Assembly: GCA_965261395.1 (NCBI GenBank)
Contig: OZ253462.1
Location: forward strand, 2,528,001-2,592,000
Source of the DNA: Candidatus Latescibacterota bacterium
Lineage (GTDB): Bacteria > Latescibacterota > UBA2968 > UBA8231
Direction: 5' to 3'
Length of the DNA: 64,000 bases
In this document: in pieces, positions 20,609-29,351 of the stretch
Layout: each line of letters opens with the position of its first letter
How positions within the stretch are numbered: position 1 is the stretch's first letter
Made by a program: the position numbers and the translations under genes
Notes under the pieces: model-generated
The model's database searches: none
Told to the model about the DNA's origin: nothing
What the model saw: the letters and a program-made list of their open reading frames with translations, nothing else

Positions 20609-21343
20609 TTACGACGCTTCCTGATCCCGCTCGATGTTCTCGCTCACGATCTTGCCGTCAAACAGGTGGATGATCCGGTGCGCATAGTCGGCGTAGGCCG
20701 GCGAGTGCGTCACCATCACCACGGTCGTGCCGTTTTTATTCATCTCGGTGAGCATCTCCATGACCTCGTCGCCGTGACGCGAGTCGAGGTTGCCGGTCGG
20801 CTCATCCGCCAGCACCAGCTTCGGCTCCGCGACCAAAGCTCGCGCCACGGCCACGCGCTGCTGCTGGCCGCCGGAAAGCTGAAGCGGAAAGTGCTTCTCG
20901 CGGTGGGTGATCTGCATGTGGTCGAGGATCGACCGCACCCGCTGCTTGCGCTCCGTAGCCGGCATGCCCATGTAGAGCAGAGGCAACTCGACGTTCTCGT
21001 GCACCGTCAACTCGTTGATCAGGTTGAACGACTGAAAGACAAAGCCGATCGTCCCCTTGCGCAGATTCGCCCGCAGGCGCTCCGAGTAGGTCGCTACCTC
21101 CTCGTCCAGCAGCCAGTATTCCCCCTCGCTCGGGTTGTCGAGCAAGCCGAGCAGATTGAGCAGCGTTGACTTGCCGCAGCCCGACGGCCCCATAATGGCG
21201 GCAAATTCGCCTTCGGCGATTTCGAGGGTGACGTTGTCCAAGGCGGTCGTCTCGACCTCCTCAGTCGTGTACAGCTTGCTCAGCCCGACGGTGCGGATCA
21301 CGGGCGCGCGGCCGTTTTCAGTGTTCGGTGCGTGTTCGGTCAT
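20609..21343 (-). CDS. ABC transporter ATP-binding protein (LolD/MacB type)
   Basis: [29 protein letters not shown]. Confidence 0.95.
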   Translation of the reverse strand: MTEHAPNTENGRAPVIRTVGLSKLYTTEEVETTALDNVTLEIAEGEFAAIMGPSGCGKSTLLNLLGLLDNPSEGEYWLLDEEVATYSERLRANLRKGTIGFVFQSFNLINELTVHENVELPLLYMGMPATERKQRVRSILDHMQITHREKHFPLQLSGGQQQRVAVARALVAEPKLVLADEPTGNLDSRHGDEVMEMLTEMNKNGTTVVMVTHSPAYADYAHRIIHLFDGKIVSENIERDQEAS

Positions 21344-21369
21344 GATTTCGCTCCTTGTTTAGGGCATTG

Positions 21370-22722
21370 CTAGCGCAATACCAACATGTCCATGTCTTCG
21401 CCAAAGGTCTCGTAACTCGAAGTAATCACCTGCTCCCCCGGCTCAAGTCCCTCCAGCACTTCGTACACCTGGGGATTTTGGCGTCCCAGTGCGATAGAGC
21501 GCCGCGTGGCCCGGTCGCCAGCAGCGTCGAGCACATAGGCCCAATGGCCCCCGGTCGCCTGATAGAATCCGCCCCGTGCCACTTGCACTGCTTCATCCAG
21601 ATCGCCCAGTTCCAAGCGGATGTGCAGGGTCTGGCCGCGCCGGATGCCCTCGGGTGCTTGTCCCTCAAACACCAGATCAACCTCAAAACGGCCCTCCTTT
21701 ACCTCTGGATAGACCTTGCGGATTACTAAGCTGTATGACTCGTCGCCATTATCGAACTGGCCGCGCTGCCCCCGGCCCACGCGGTCGATGTAGTGCTCGT
21801 CAATGGCGGCGCGCACCTTGAAGCCGTCGATCATGTCAATCTGGCCTAAGCGCACACCCGTTCCCTTGCTCTCGCCGACCTCCGCTTCCAGCGTGGTTAG
21901 CTGCCCGGGCACGGGGGCCCGCACCGTCAGGTTGTCGAGCCGGCGGCCGACGATTTCCAGATTGCGTTCCATGCGCTCCACCGCCGAGACGAGCTGCACC
22001 ACCTTGCTCGCCGCCAGCAGCGAGTCCTGGGTCTGGGTTTCCTCGGTCAGGGCCATGCGGCGGACGCTGTACTGGTACTCGTCGCGCAGCCGCTCCTGCT
22101 CCTGCCGCGACAGAATGGCCGTCAAATCTTCCGCCGACAGGCTCTCGTAGCGCTCGAAGTTGCGCTTGTCGATGGCTAACCGGTACTCGATCTCCATCAG
22201 TGCTTTCCGCGAGCGCAGCAGGTCCTGCTCCATGGTCAGCCGGCCATTGCGCAACGCCTCCCGGCTGCGCTCGAGTTCGGCTTCCTGTTGCAGGACGGTC
22301 AGTTCCAGATCGGGGTTGGCAAGGCGCAGCAGCGGATCGCCCTCGGCCACGGAGGCCCCCTCTTCGACGAACACCTGCTCCACTTGGCCGCGCTCTAGGG
22401 CGTCGAGGTACACGGTGTGCAGCGGCAGTACCGTGCCGCGCACGGGGATGTACTCCTGAAACGGGCCGAACTCGACCGTCGAGATCGTCAGCCGGTCGCG
22501 CTCCACATTCAGCTTGCGCACCCCGAAATCCGCGAGCAGGGCGTATCCACCCAGCCCGCCCAACAGCAAAACAGCCGCGCCTATAGCGATGCGCTTGGGC
22601 GTGAACCGCGGCTTTTCGATTTTGCGGTCCATGCCAACTCCGCCGCCGGGACGGGTGCTGCCGGGGCTGGATTCGGTGCGCTCGGTGCGCTCTTTGGAGA
22701 AAACTTGGATATTTGCGGGCAT
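21370..22722 (-). CDS. Efflux periplasmic adaptor / membrane-fusion protein (MacA/HlyD-like)
   Basis: N-terminal TM, lipoyl half-motifs (GQVEQVFVEEGASVAEGDPL; VRAPVPG), coiled coil, EVLEGLEPGEQVI. Start placed downstream of the sigma-54 promoter (22722; 22632 is an alternative). Confidence 0.9.
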   Translation of the reverse strand: MPANIQVFSKERTERTESSPGSTRPGGGVGMDRKIEKPRFTPKRIAIGAAVLLLGGLGGYALLADFGVRKLNVERDRLTISTVEFGPFQEYIPVRGTVLPLHTVYLDALERGQVEQVFVEEGASVAEGDPLLRLANPDLELTVLQQEAELERSREALRNGRLTMEQDLLRSRKALMEIEYRLAIDKRNFERYESLSAEDLTAILSRQEQERLRDEYQYSVRRMALTEETQTQDSLLAASKVVQLVSAVERMERNLEIVGRRLDNLTVRAPVPGQLTTLEAEVGESKGTGVRLGQIDMIDGFKVRAAIDEHYIDRVGRGQRGQFDNGDESYSLVIRKVYPEVKEGRFEVDLVFEGQAPEGIRRGQTLHIRLELGDLDEAVQVARGGFYQATGGHWAYVLDAAGDRATRRSIALGRQNPQVYEVLEGLEPGEQVITSSYETFGEDMDMLVLR

Positions 22723-22765
22723 AGTACTTTCAACCTTATCTTGTCGCAGCCTTTTCTCCAGAAAT

Positions 22766-22781
22766 AGCAAGATACATGCCA
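22766..22781 (-). promoter_or_regulatory. Sigma-54 (-24/-12) promoter of the MFP-ABC operon
   Basis: Minus strand TGGCATGTATCTTGCT, i.e. GG-N10-GC consensus, next to a divergent sigma-54 activator gene. Confidence 0.85.
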
Positions 22782-22787
22782 CATTCC

Positions 22788-22800
22788 TAACCCCTTGATA
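22788..22800 (-). promoter_or_regulatory. IHF-type binding site
   Basis: TATCAAGGGGTTA matches WATCAANNNNTTR and lies between the promoter and the putative enhancer. Confidence 0.65.
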
Positions 22801-22844
22801 AAAAAGAAGATGAGTCGAATCGCCTTCTTGCCCGTCCCAGCGCC

Positions 22845-22885
22845 ACTGTCCGCTGGTGATACACCTACTGTCCGCTGGCGTACAC
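22845..22885. promoter_or_regulatory. Putative enhancer (UAS) pair for the NtrC-type regulator
   Basis: ACTGTCCGCTGGTGATACAC and ACTGTCCGCTGGCGTACAC, 22 bp apart; TGT-N11-ACA and TGT-N10-ACA. Confidence 0.65.
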
Positions 22886-22900
22886 TTGAGGACGAATCCC

Positions 22901-24277
22901 ATGTCTGCTGAAGCCGCCCGCATCCTCGTCGTCGACGACAACCAAGACGTGCTCGTCGCCGCCCGTTTGCTCCTCAAGCAGCGGGGCTACCAAGTCCGCA
23001 CCGAGACCGATCCCCAAGCCATTCCGAGTGCCCTCAAGCAGGAGTCGCCGGCCGTCGTCCTCCTCGACATGAACTTCACTCAGGAGGCAACTAGCGGTAG
23101 GGAGGGCTTCTACTGGCTCCAGCAAATCCGCGACCTGGACCCGACCGCCGTCGTCTTGCTAATCACCGCGTACGGCGATGTCGAGATGGCCGTGCGCGCC
23201 GTCAAGGAGGGGGCCGTCGATTTTGTGCTCAAACCCTGGCAGAACGAAAAGCTGCTCGCCACCGTGTCCGCGGCCGTGGAATTGCACCGCTCGCGCCAGG
23301 AAGCCCACCACCTCCGCTCGCGCCAGCAGCGGCTGTCCGCAGACCTCGACCAGCCCTTTGGCGACCTCATCGGCGAGGCCTCGATCCTACAGGAAGTCTT
23401 TCAGACCATGGCCAAGGTGGCCGCCACCGACGCCAGCGTCCTCATCCTCGGCGAGAACGGCACGGGCAAGGAGCTGGTGGCGCGCGAGATCCACCGCCGC
23501 TCGGCGCGCGCCGACGAAGTCTTCATCGCCGTCGATATGGGTTCCCTGAGCGAGACCCTGTTCGAGAGCGAACTCTTCGGCCACGTCAAGGGGGCCTTCA
23601 CCGACGCCCGCAGCGACCGCGCCGGCCGCTTTGAAATCGCCTCTGGAGGCACTCTGTTCCTCGACGAGATCGGCAACCTGTCGCTGTCCTTGCAGGTCAA
23701 GCTGCTCGCGGTCCTGCAAAACCAGCAGGTCGTCCGCGTCGGTGCCAACCAGCCCGTGCCGGTGGATGTGCGCCTCATCTGCGCCACCAACCAGCCCCTC
23801 CACGAAATGGCCACCGCCGGCACCTTCCGCCAGGACCTGCTCTACCGTATCAACACCGTGGAAATCCACCTGCCCCCCCTGCGCGAACGCCCCGAGGACA
23901 TCGCGCTGTTGGCCCGTCACTTCCTCGACCTGTACCGAACCAAGTACCGCAAGGCCCTAACCGGCCTGACCGCCGAGGCGCTCGCCCACTTGCGCACGTA
24001 CGCTTGGCCGGGCAATGTGCGGGAATTGCAGCACGCGGTGGAGCGCGCCGTCATTATGAGCGAAGGGAACCGACTGACCGCAGACGATTTTCCCCTGACT
24101 GCGACCCCGTTGCCCGGGGAGGCTGTCGCCTTTGACAGCTACAACCTCGAAGACGTCGAGCAAGAGGTCATCGCCCGAGTGCTGCGCAAGCACCAAGGCA
24201 ACGTCAGCCAAACCGCGCGGGAACTCGGATTGACCCGCACGGCCCTCTACCGCCGCATGGAGAAGTATGGCCTCTGA
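22901..24277 (+). CDS. Sigma-54-dependent response regulator (NtrC/AtoC family)
   Basis: Receiver (ILVVDD...LLDM), GENGTGKE, ESELFGHVKGAFTDA (GAFTGA variant), LFLDEI, WPGNVREL, Fis-type HTH. Confidence 0.95.
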   Translation: MSAEAARILVVDDNQDVLVAARLLLKQRGYQVRTETDPQAIPSALKQESPAVVLLDMNFTQEATSGREGFYWLQQIRDLDPTAVVLLITAYGDVEMAVRAVKEGAVDFVLKPWQNEKLLATVSAAVELHRSRQEAHHLRSRQQRLSADLDQPFGDLIGEASILQEVFQTMAKVAATDASVLILGENGTGKELVAREIHRRSARADEVFIAVDMGSLSETLFESELFGHVKGAFTDARSDRAGRFEIASGGTLFLDEIGNLSLSLQVKLLAVLQNQQVVRVGANQPVPVDVRLICATNQPLHEMATAGTFRQDLLYRINTVEIHLPPLRERPEDIALLARHFLDLYRTKYRKALTGLTAEALAHLRTYAWPGNVRELQHAVERAVIMSEGNRLTADDFPLTATPLPGEAVAFDSYNLEDVEQEVIARVLRKHQGNVSQTARELGLTRTALYRRMEKYGL

Positions 24278-25619
24278 TGGAGTCCTACATCGCCTAATAC
24301 AAGGGTACCGCGCCTTCCGCACGCGGATCGTGCTGCGCGTCGCCTTCCTCGGCACCACTTTGTGGCTGCTGTTCTATACAATAACAGAGGAATGGAACCA
24401 TCCGGCCGCCCCCATTGTCATCGGTCTCGTCCTGCTCTACCAGCTCTACGCCCTCGTTCACTACGTCGAGCGCACCAACCGCGACTTAGCGCGTTTTTTG
24501 GCCGCCATCCGCTACGCCGACTTTTCGCAGACCTTTGTCACCGGCGGCCTTGGCTCCTCTTTCGACGAACTCAAGACCGCGTTCAACGAGGTCCTCGACG
24601 CCTTTCGCCAGGCGCGGGCCGAAAAGGAGGAACAAGCGCGCTACCTGCAAACCGTGGTGCAGCACATTGGCGTCGGGTTGATTGTGTTCGACAATGCTGG
24701 CGAGGTGTCGCTGATCAACAACGCAGCCAAGCGTCTGTTGGGGGTGCCCCGCTTGGGCCACATCGCCGACCTCGACCGCGTCAATCCCATCCTCACCACC
24801 GCCCTGCAAAGCCTCGGTCCTCGGGGCCGCGATCTCGTGAGTTTGGAAGAGGTCCGACTCGCCCTGCACGCATCGGTGTTCCATCTAGGCGATCGCCAGC
24901 ACACCCTAGTGGCCCTCCACGACATTGGCCCCGATCTCGACGAAAAGGAAATGGAGGCTTGGCAAAACCTGATCCGCGTGCTCACCCACGAGATCATGAA
25001 TTCCATCACCCCCATTGCTTCGCTGGCCGCCACTGCGGATGGAATGCTAAAAGACGACGCCCTCGACGCCGAGACCACCGCAGACATCCGCATCGCGGTG
25101 AGCACCATCCAGCGCCGCAGCGAGGGCCTGCTGCACTTTGTCGAAGCCTACCGCGACCTCACCCGCGTACCAGCGCCGTCCTTTGAGATCGTCCCAGTGG
25201 CTGGTCTATTCGCCCGAGTGGAGCAGCTAATGCGGCCCCAGTTCGCCGAATCTGCGGTCGAGTTGCACACCGAGGTCAATCCCCCCAGCCTCGAATTGAC
25301 CGCCGACCCCGAGCAAGTCGAGCAGATCCTCATCAACCTACTGAGCAATGCCCGCGAAGCCTCTGCCGGCCGCGCCGGGGCCCGCGTTGACTTGACCGCG
25401 CATCTGGCGCACGACAAGGTCGTCGTCGAGGTCGCTGACAATGGGGCGGGCATCGTCGAAGAAGCACTTGGCAAGGTCTTCATCCCCTTTTTTACGACCA
25501 AGCGGGACGGCTCCGGCATTGGGCTGAGCCTGTGCCGCCAGATCATGCGGCTCCACCGAGGGTCCATTTCCGCTCGCTCGGAACCGGGGGTGCGGACGGT
25601 GTTTGCGTTGCGGTTTTGA
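24267..25619 (+). CDS. Membrane sensor histidine kinase with PAS domain (NtrY-like)
   Basis: Two TMs; H-box LTHEIMNS, N-box NLLSNA, G-boxes DNGAGI and GSGIGL. Confidence 0.93.
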   Translation: MASDGVLHRLIQGYRAFRTRIVLRVAFLGTTLWLLFYTITEEWNHPAAPIVIGLVLLYQLYALVHYVERTNRDLARFLAAIRYADFSQTFVTGGLGSSFDELKTAFNEVLDAFRQARAEKEEQARYLQTVVQHIGVGLIVFDNAGEVSLINNAAKRLLGVPRLGHIADLDRVNPILTTALQSLGPRGRDLVSLEEVRLALHASVFHLGDRQHTLVALHDIGPDLDEKEMEAWQNLIRVLTHEIMNSITPIASLAATADGMLKDDALDAETTADIRIAVSTIQRRSEGLLHFVEAYRDLTRVPAPSFEIVPVAGLFARVEQLMRPQFAESAVELHTEVNPPSLELTADPEQVEQILINLLSNAREASAGRAGARVDLTAHLAHDKVVVEVADNGAGIVEEALGKVFIPFFTTKRDGSGIGLSLCRQIMRLHRGSISARSEPGVRTVFALRF

Positions 25620-25755
25620 GGGGATTAGCGAGTGCGGTCGTAGAGTATTCGCAGTTCTACTTCGCTGCGAATGGACCGTTTGGATTGTGGGCGGAGATGT
25701 TGGAGAGTATCAGTGAGTCTGTTTCTCAACCGTCGCCATCAGCTTCTCAATTTTA

Positions 25756-26043
25756 TCAGGCTACCTGCGGCTGATAGCGCTCGACCTTGATCCGGCTTTC
25801 GCCCCTGCGCGCTTGCGCCAGATCGTACGAGGTCTGCCGACGCAGCCAGAACTCGGCATTGGACCAGCCCGCCTTCTCCAGCCGAATGGCCATCTCCGGT
25901 GAAACGGCCGCATGGCCATTCAGTACGCGCGAAAGCGTTTGCCGGGCCACGCCCAACACCTTCGCTGCCTCGATGACGTTCAGACCAAGCGGATCCAGGC
26001 AATTTTCCTTGATACTACGGCCAGGATGTGGTGGATTCTTCAT
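25756..26043 (-). CDS. higA: HigA-family addiction module antitoxin
   Basis: MKNPPHPG...HTH...SPEMAIRL...FWLRRQ. Confidence 0.88.
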   Translation of the reverse strand: MKNPPHPGRSIKENCLDPLGLNVIEAAKVLGVARQTLSRVLNGHAAVSPEMAIRLEKAGWSNAEFWLRRQTSYDLAQARRGESRIKVERYQPQVA

Positions 26044-26100
26044 AGCCTTGATTTCTGATTCCAAGTCGATGCCGTACACGTCACCTTTTTTAAGCAGATA

Positions 26101-26328
26101 CTATCCAGACAACGATACTACCCTTTCTTTAGCCAACTCCGCAGCATAGCCTACCGCCGCTTGGACGGACTCATGGGTAATCGACGGGTAGCTTGTCGTA
26201 ATTTCCTCTGAATCCAATCCTGCCGCGAGGTTGTCGAGGACCGTGGTCACCAATACTCGGGTACCCTTGAAGCAGGCTCTCCCATGGCATATTTCGGGAT
26301 CAACGGTAATGTAGTCTCGCCAGTTCAT
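26101..26328 (-). CDS. DUF433 domain protein (antitoxin-like)
   Basis: ITVDPEICHGRACFKGTRV...EEITTSYPSIT...VQAA signature. Confidence 0.88.
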   Translation of the reverse strand: MNWRDYITVDPEICHGRACFKGTRVLVTTVLDNLAAGLDSEEITTSYPSITHESVQAAVGYAAELAKERVVSLSG

Positions 26329-26637
26329 CGGCTTTCTCTCCATCATGGTTTCGCATAGCGCAAATAAAGGGCCTGATCGAGAGTCAATCAAGGAACGAGC
26401 ATGCGACGCTACGAGATGTGAGCGCTCGCCACATGCTGTCGCTGGCAGCATCGCTACCCCCAACGGCGATGGAGCTTGACGGAGCACCAGCGATTCATTA
26501 GATTGAATATATATTAATTAAATTTTATATAAAAAATGTATAAAAACCAAGAGCGAGAATCATTGGAGCGTACCCCCACCTTATTGTAACAATATTCTAA
26601 CGCACTGCTGCGTCCCTATCCCCCACGGAGGCGTCTT

Positions 26638-29289
26638 ATGAAGCCAATGCTCACGCTTTTTTCTCTCTTATTCCTCGCCCATACAGCGCTGTCTGCCGCC
26701 GAGTTAAAAGGCACGGTGCGCGATGCAGAAACGGGCGAATCACTGCCGGGTGCCAACGTATATATAGAAGGCGCTAGGCGAGGAGCTTCTACAGATCTCG
26801 ATGGACAATTTGTAATCGCCAATGTCGGCGCAGGCAGCCATACGCTCGTCGTGAGTTTTATGGGTTACAAAGAACATCGCAGCCCCGTTGTCGTCGGAGC
26901 GGATGCTGTCGAGTTGTTTGTCGAGCTCATGCCCGAGGTATTTCGCGGCAAAGAAATCATCATCGTCGCCGATCGGGCCAAAATGCGCGAAACACCCGTT
27001 GCTTTCTCCGATGTGCTTAAAGCCGATATGCAGCGCAAACTCGGCTCGCGCGATCTGCCGCTGATTTTAAATGATACGCCGGGAGTGTATGCAACCGCGC
27101 AGGGCGGGGGAGCCGGCGACTCCCGCATCAATGTGCGAGGGTTTGACCAGCGCAACGTCGCCGTCATGATCAACGGCGTACCGGTCAACGATATGGAAAA
27201 CGGCTGGGTCTATTGGTCCAATTGGGATGGGCTGAGCGATGTCGCGTCGTCAATGCAGGTGCAGCGCGGATTGGGGGCTTCCAATCTGGCGATTGCCTCG
27301 GTGGGTGGCACACTGAACATTATCACCGATATCGCCCGTCAACAGCGCGGCTGGAAAATAAAACAGGAAGCCGGGAACAACGCCTTTTACAAAACCACGC
27401 TCAATTTTTCATCGGGTTTGATAAATAAAAAAACGGCTTTCACGCTGGGCATGGCGCGCAAAAGCGGCGAGGGCTTGCCCGCTCAGGCGTGGTCCTCGGC
27501 CTGGGCCTATTTTGGTGCGTTGAGCTTTTTGGCCTCCGACACCCACAAAATTGATCTGTTTGTCACCGGCGCTCCGCAACGCCACGGGCACCGTCTCTAC
27601 AAGCAATCCATTGCAACCTTTGATGCCGATTACGCCCAATCCCTAGGCATTGACATTGCGGACGCAAGAAACTACGGCGTCAATTACAATCCCAACTGGG
27701 GGCGCTCGCCATTTTCATCCTATCAGGAGTATTACAACGGCAACACCCACGATGCACGCGACAGCGAGATCATCATGGAGCGCGAAAATTATTACCACAA
27801 ACCCCAGGCCAATTTGAACTGGTACTGGACCCCCAACACGCAATTCATTTTGTCCAATGTATTCTATTTTTCGCGCGGGAAAGGCGGCGGCACCGGGCGC
27901 TTGGGTTCCAGCCCGGGCACGCTAGACGATGGCAGCATCAACTGGCAACGCGTTGCCGATGAGTTGAATACCCAAGCCGATTCCGCATTAGTGGCTGCCG
28001 GCGAAGTGGGTGCCAATGAAATTGTGGCCCAGACCATTATCCGCAACTCGGTCAATCAGCACTTCTGGTATGGGTATTTGGGCACGGCTGAATATCGCTT
28101 GAGCGACATCTACAAGCTGACCTTTGGCACGGATTTGCGCTATTACAAAGGGCAGCATTGGCGCGAAGTGCGCAATCTGCTCGGTGCCGATTACTACGTC
28201 TTTGACTGGGATAACAATGCCACGACCTCCATCAAGCGACTCGGCGACAGAGTTGCCTACCACAACGATGGCCTTACGCGCTGGGGGGGCGGCTTTGCAC
28301 AGCTCGAAGGACGGTTTGACAACTTTACGGCCTTTTTGAGCACATCGGTATCGACGACGGGTTATAAGCGCATCGACTATTTCCGCGCCAAGGTCGATGG
28401 CGACTGGGACCAAACGGATTGGGAAAACTTCCCAGGCTACACCCTGAAAGTGGGTGGCAACTACAACGTCACTCCCACAATCAATCTGTATGCCAACTTG
28501 GGCCGGCTTTCAACCGCGCCCATATTCGACTCGGTTTACCACTACGACAACAGCCTCTACGATCCCACGTTCAATGAAGAAGTCGCTTCTTTTGAGTTGG
28601 GTGCCGGTTATTTCAAACGCGGTGTGTTTACCGGAAATGCAAACTTCTATTACACCAAATGGATGGATCGCTCGTGGCCCCAGAGCATTTACAGCGAAAC
28701 GCTCGACCAGAGCTTCCGATTTTTGCTGAACGGCATTGACGCGCAGCATATGGGCGTAGAGTTCGATCTGAAGGCGCGGCCTCATGCCAAATTCGAGGTG
28801 CGCGGCATGGTGTCGTTGGGCAATTGGGAATGGCTCAACGATGTGAATGCCACCTTTTCACCCGAAGAGGATCCAGCGACTATCGGCGAATTTCAAGCCT
28901 ATACCAAAGGGCTAAAGGTGGCCGACGCAGCGCAAAAGACTCTTGCTCTGAGCGGTGCGGTGTTTCCCGCGCGCGGCCTCTACGCCTCGCTGGATGTGAG
29001 GCGCTTCATGGATCACTACGCCAAATTTAATCCCGCCAACCGAACCGACCCCAACGACCGAGAACAGCCTTGGAAACTCCCAGATTACAATCTGGTAGAT
29101 CTACACGCGGGATACACATTGCCCGGCGCTACATTTAGCAATATGAAGCTGCGACTGCACGTCTTCAATTTGCTTGACGAACGCTATGTGTCCGACGCCG
29201 ATGACGGCAATAGCCACGACGCCGCAAGCGCTTACGTATTCCTCGGGTTGGGACGCCGCTGGAATATTTCCCTGTCGTACGACTATTAG
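26638..29289 (+). CDS. TonB-dependent receptor with N-terminal carboxypeptidase-regulatory-like domain
   Basis: Signal peptide; GTVRDAETGESLPGANV; plug INVRGFDQRNVAVMINGVP; VFNLLDERY...GRRWNISLSYDY barrel end. Confidence 0.93.
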   Translation: MKPMLTLFSLLFLAHTALSAAELKGTVRDAETGESLPGANVYIEGARRGASTDLDGQFVIANVGAGSHTLVVSFMGYKEHRSPVVVGADAVELFVELMPEVFRGKEIIIVADRAKMRETPVAFSDVLKADMQRKLGSRDLPLILNDTPGVYATAQGGGAGDSRINVRGFDQRNVAVMINGVPVNDMENGWVYWSNWDGLSDVASSMQVQRGLGASNLAIASVGGTLNIITDIARQQRGWKIKQEAGNNAFYKTTLNFSSGLINKKTAFTLGMARKSGEGLPAQAWSSAWAYFGALSFLASDTHKIDLFVTGAPQRHGHRLYKQSIATFDADYAQSLGIDIADARNYGVNYNPNWGRSPFSSYQEYYNGNTHDARDSEIIMERENYYHKPQANLNWYWTPNTQFILSNVFYFSRGKGGGTGRLGSSPGTLDDGSINWQRVADELNTQADSALVAAGEVGANEIVAQTIIRNSVNQHFWYGYLGTAEYRLSDIYKLTFGTDLRYYKGQHWREVRNLLGADYYVFDWDNNATTSIKRLGDRVAYHNDGLTRWGGGFAQLEGRFDNFTAFLSTSVSTTGYKRIDYFRAKVDGDWDQTDWENFPGYTLKVGGNYNVTPTINLYANLGRLSTAPIFDSVYHYDNSLYDPTFNEEVASFELGAGYFKRGVFTGNANFYYTKWMDRSWPQSIYSETLDQSFRFLLNGIDAQHMGVEFDLKARPHAKFEVRGMVSLGNWEWLNDVNATFSPEEDPATIGEFQAYTKGLKVADAAQKTLALSGAVFPARGLYASLDVRRFMDHYAKFNPANRTDPNDREQPWKLPDYNLVDLHAGYTLPGATFSNMKLRLHVFNLLDERYVSDADDGNSHDAASAYVFLGLGRRWNISLSYDY

Positions 29290-29313
29290 CGGTCAGCAGT
29301 CCACTTGCCCCGT

Positions 29314-29351
29314 CTCGGTAGGGCCAACGCAACCAGTGAGGCCCTACCGAG
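29314..29351. repeat. 12-bp perfect inverted repeat between convergent TonB genes (REP-like or terminator)
   Basis: CTCGGTAGGGCC-N14-GGCCCTACCGAG; no U tract. Confidence 0.6.

Noticed and set aside
22723-22977. N-terminal extensions of the MFP (to 22977) and the regulator (from 22856) given in the ORF track
   Set aside because: They would overlap the divergent gene and run through the sigma-54 promoter, IHF site and enhancer.
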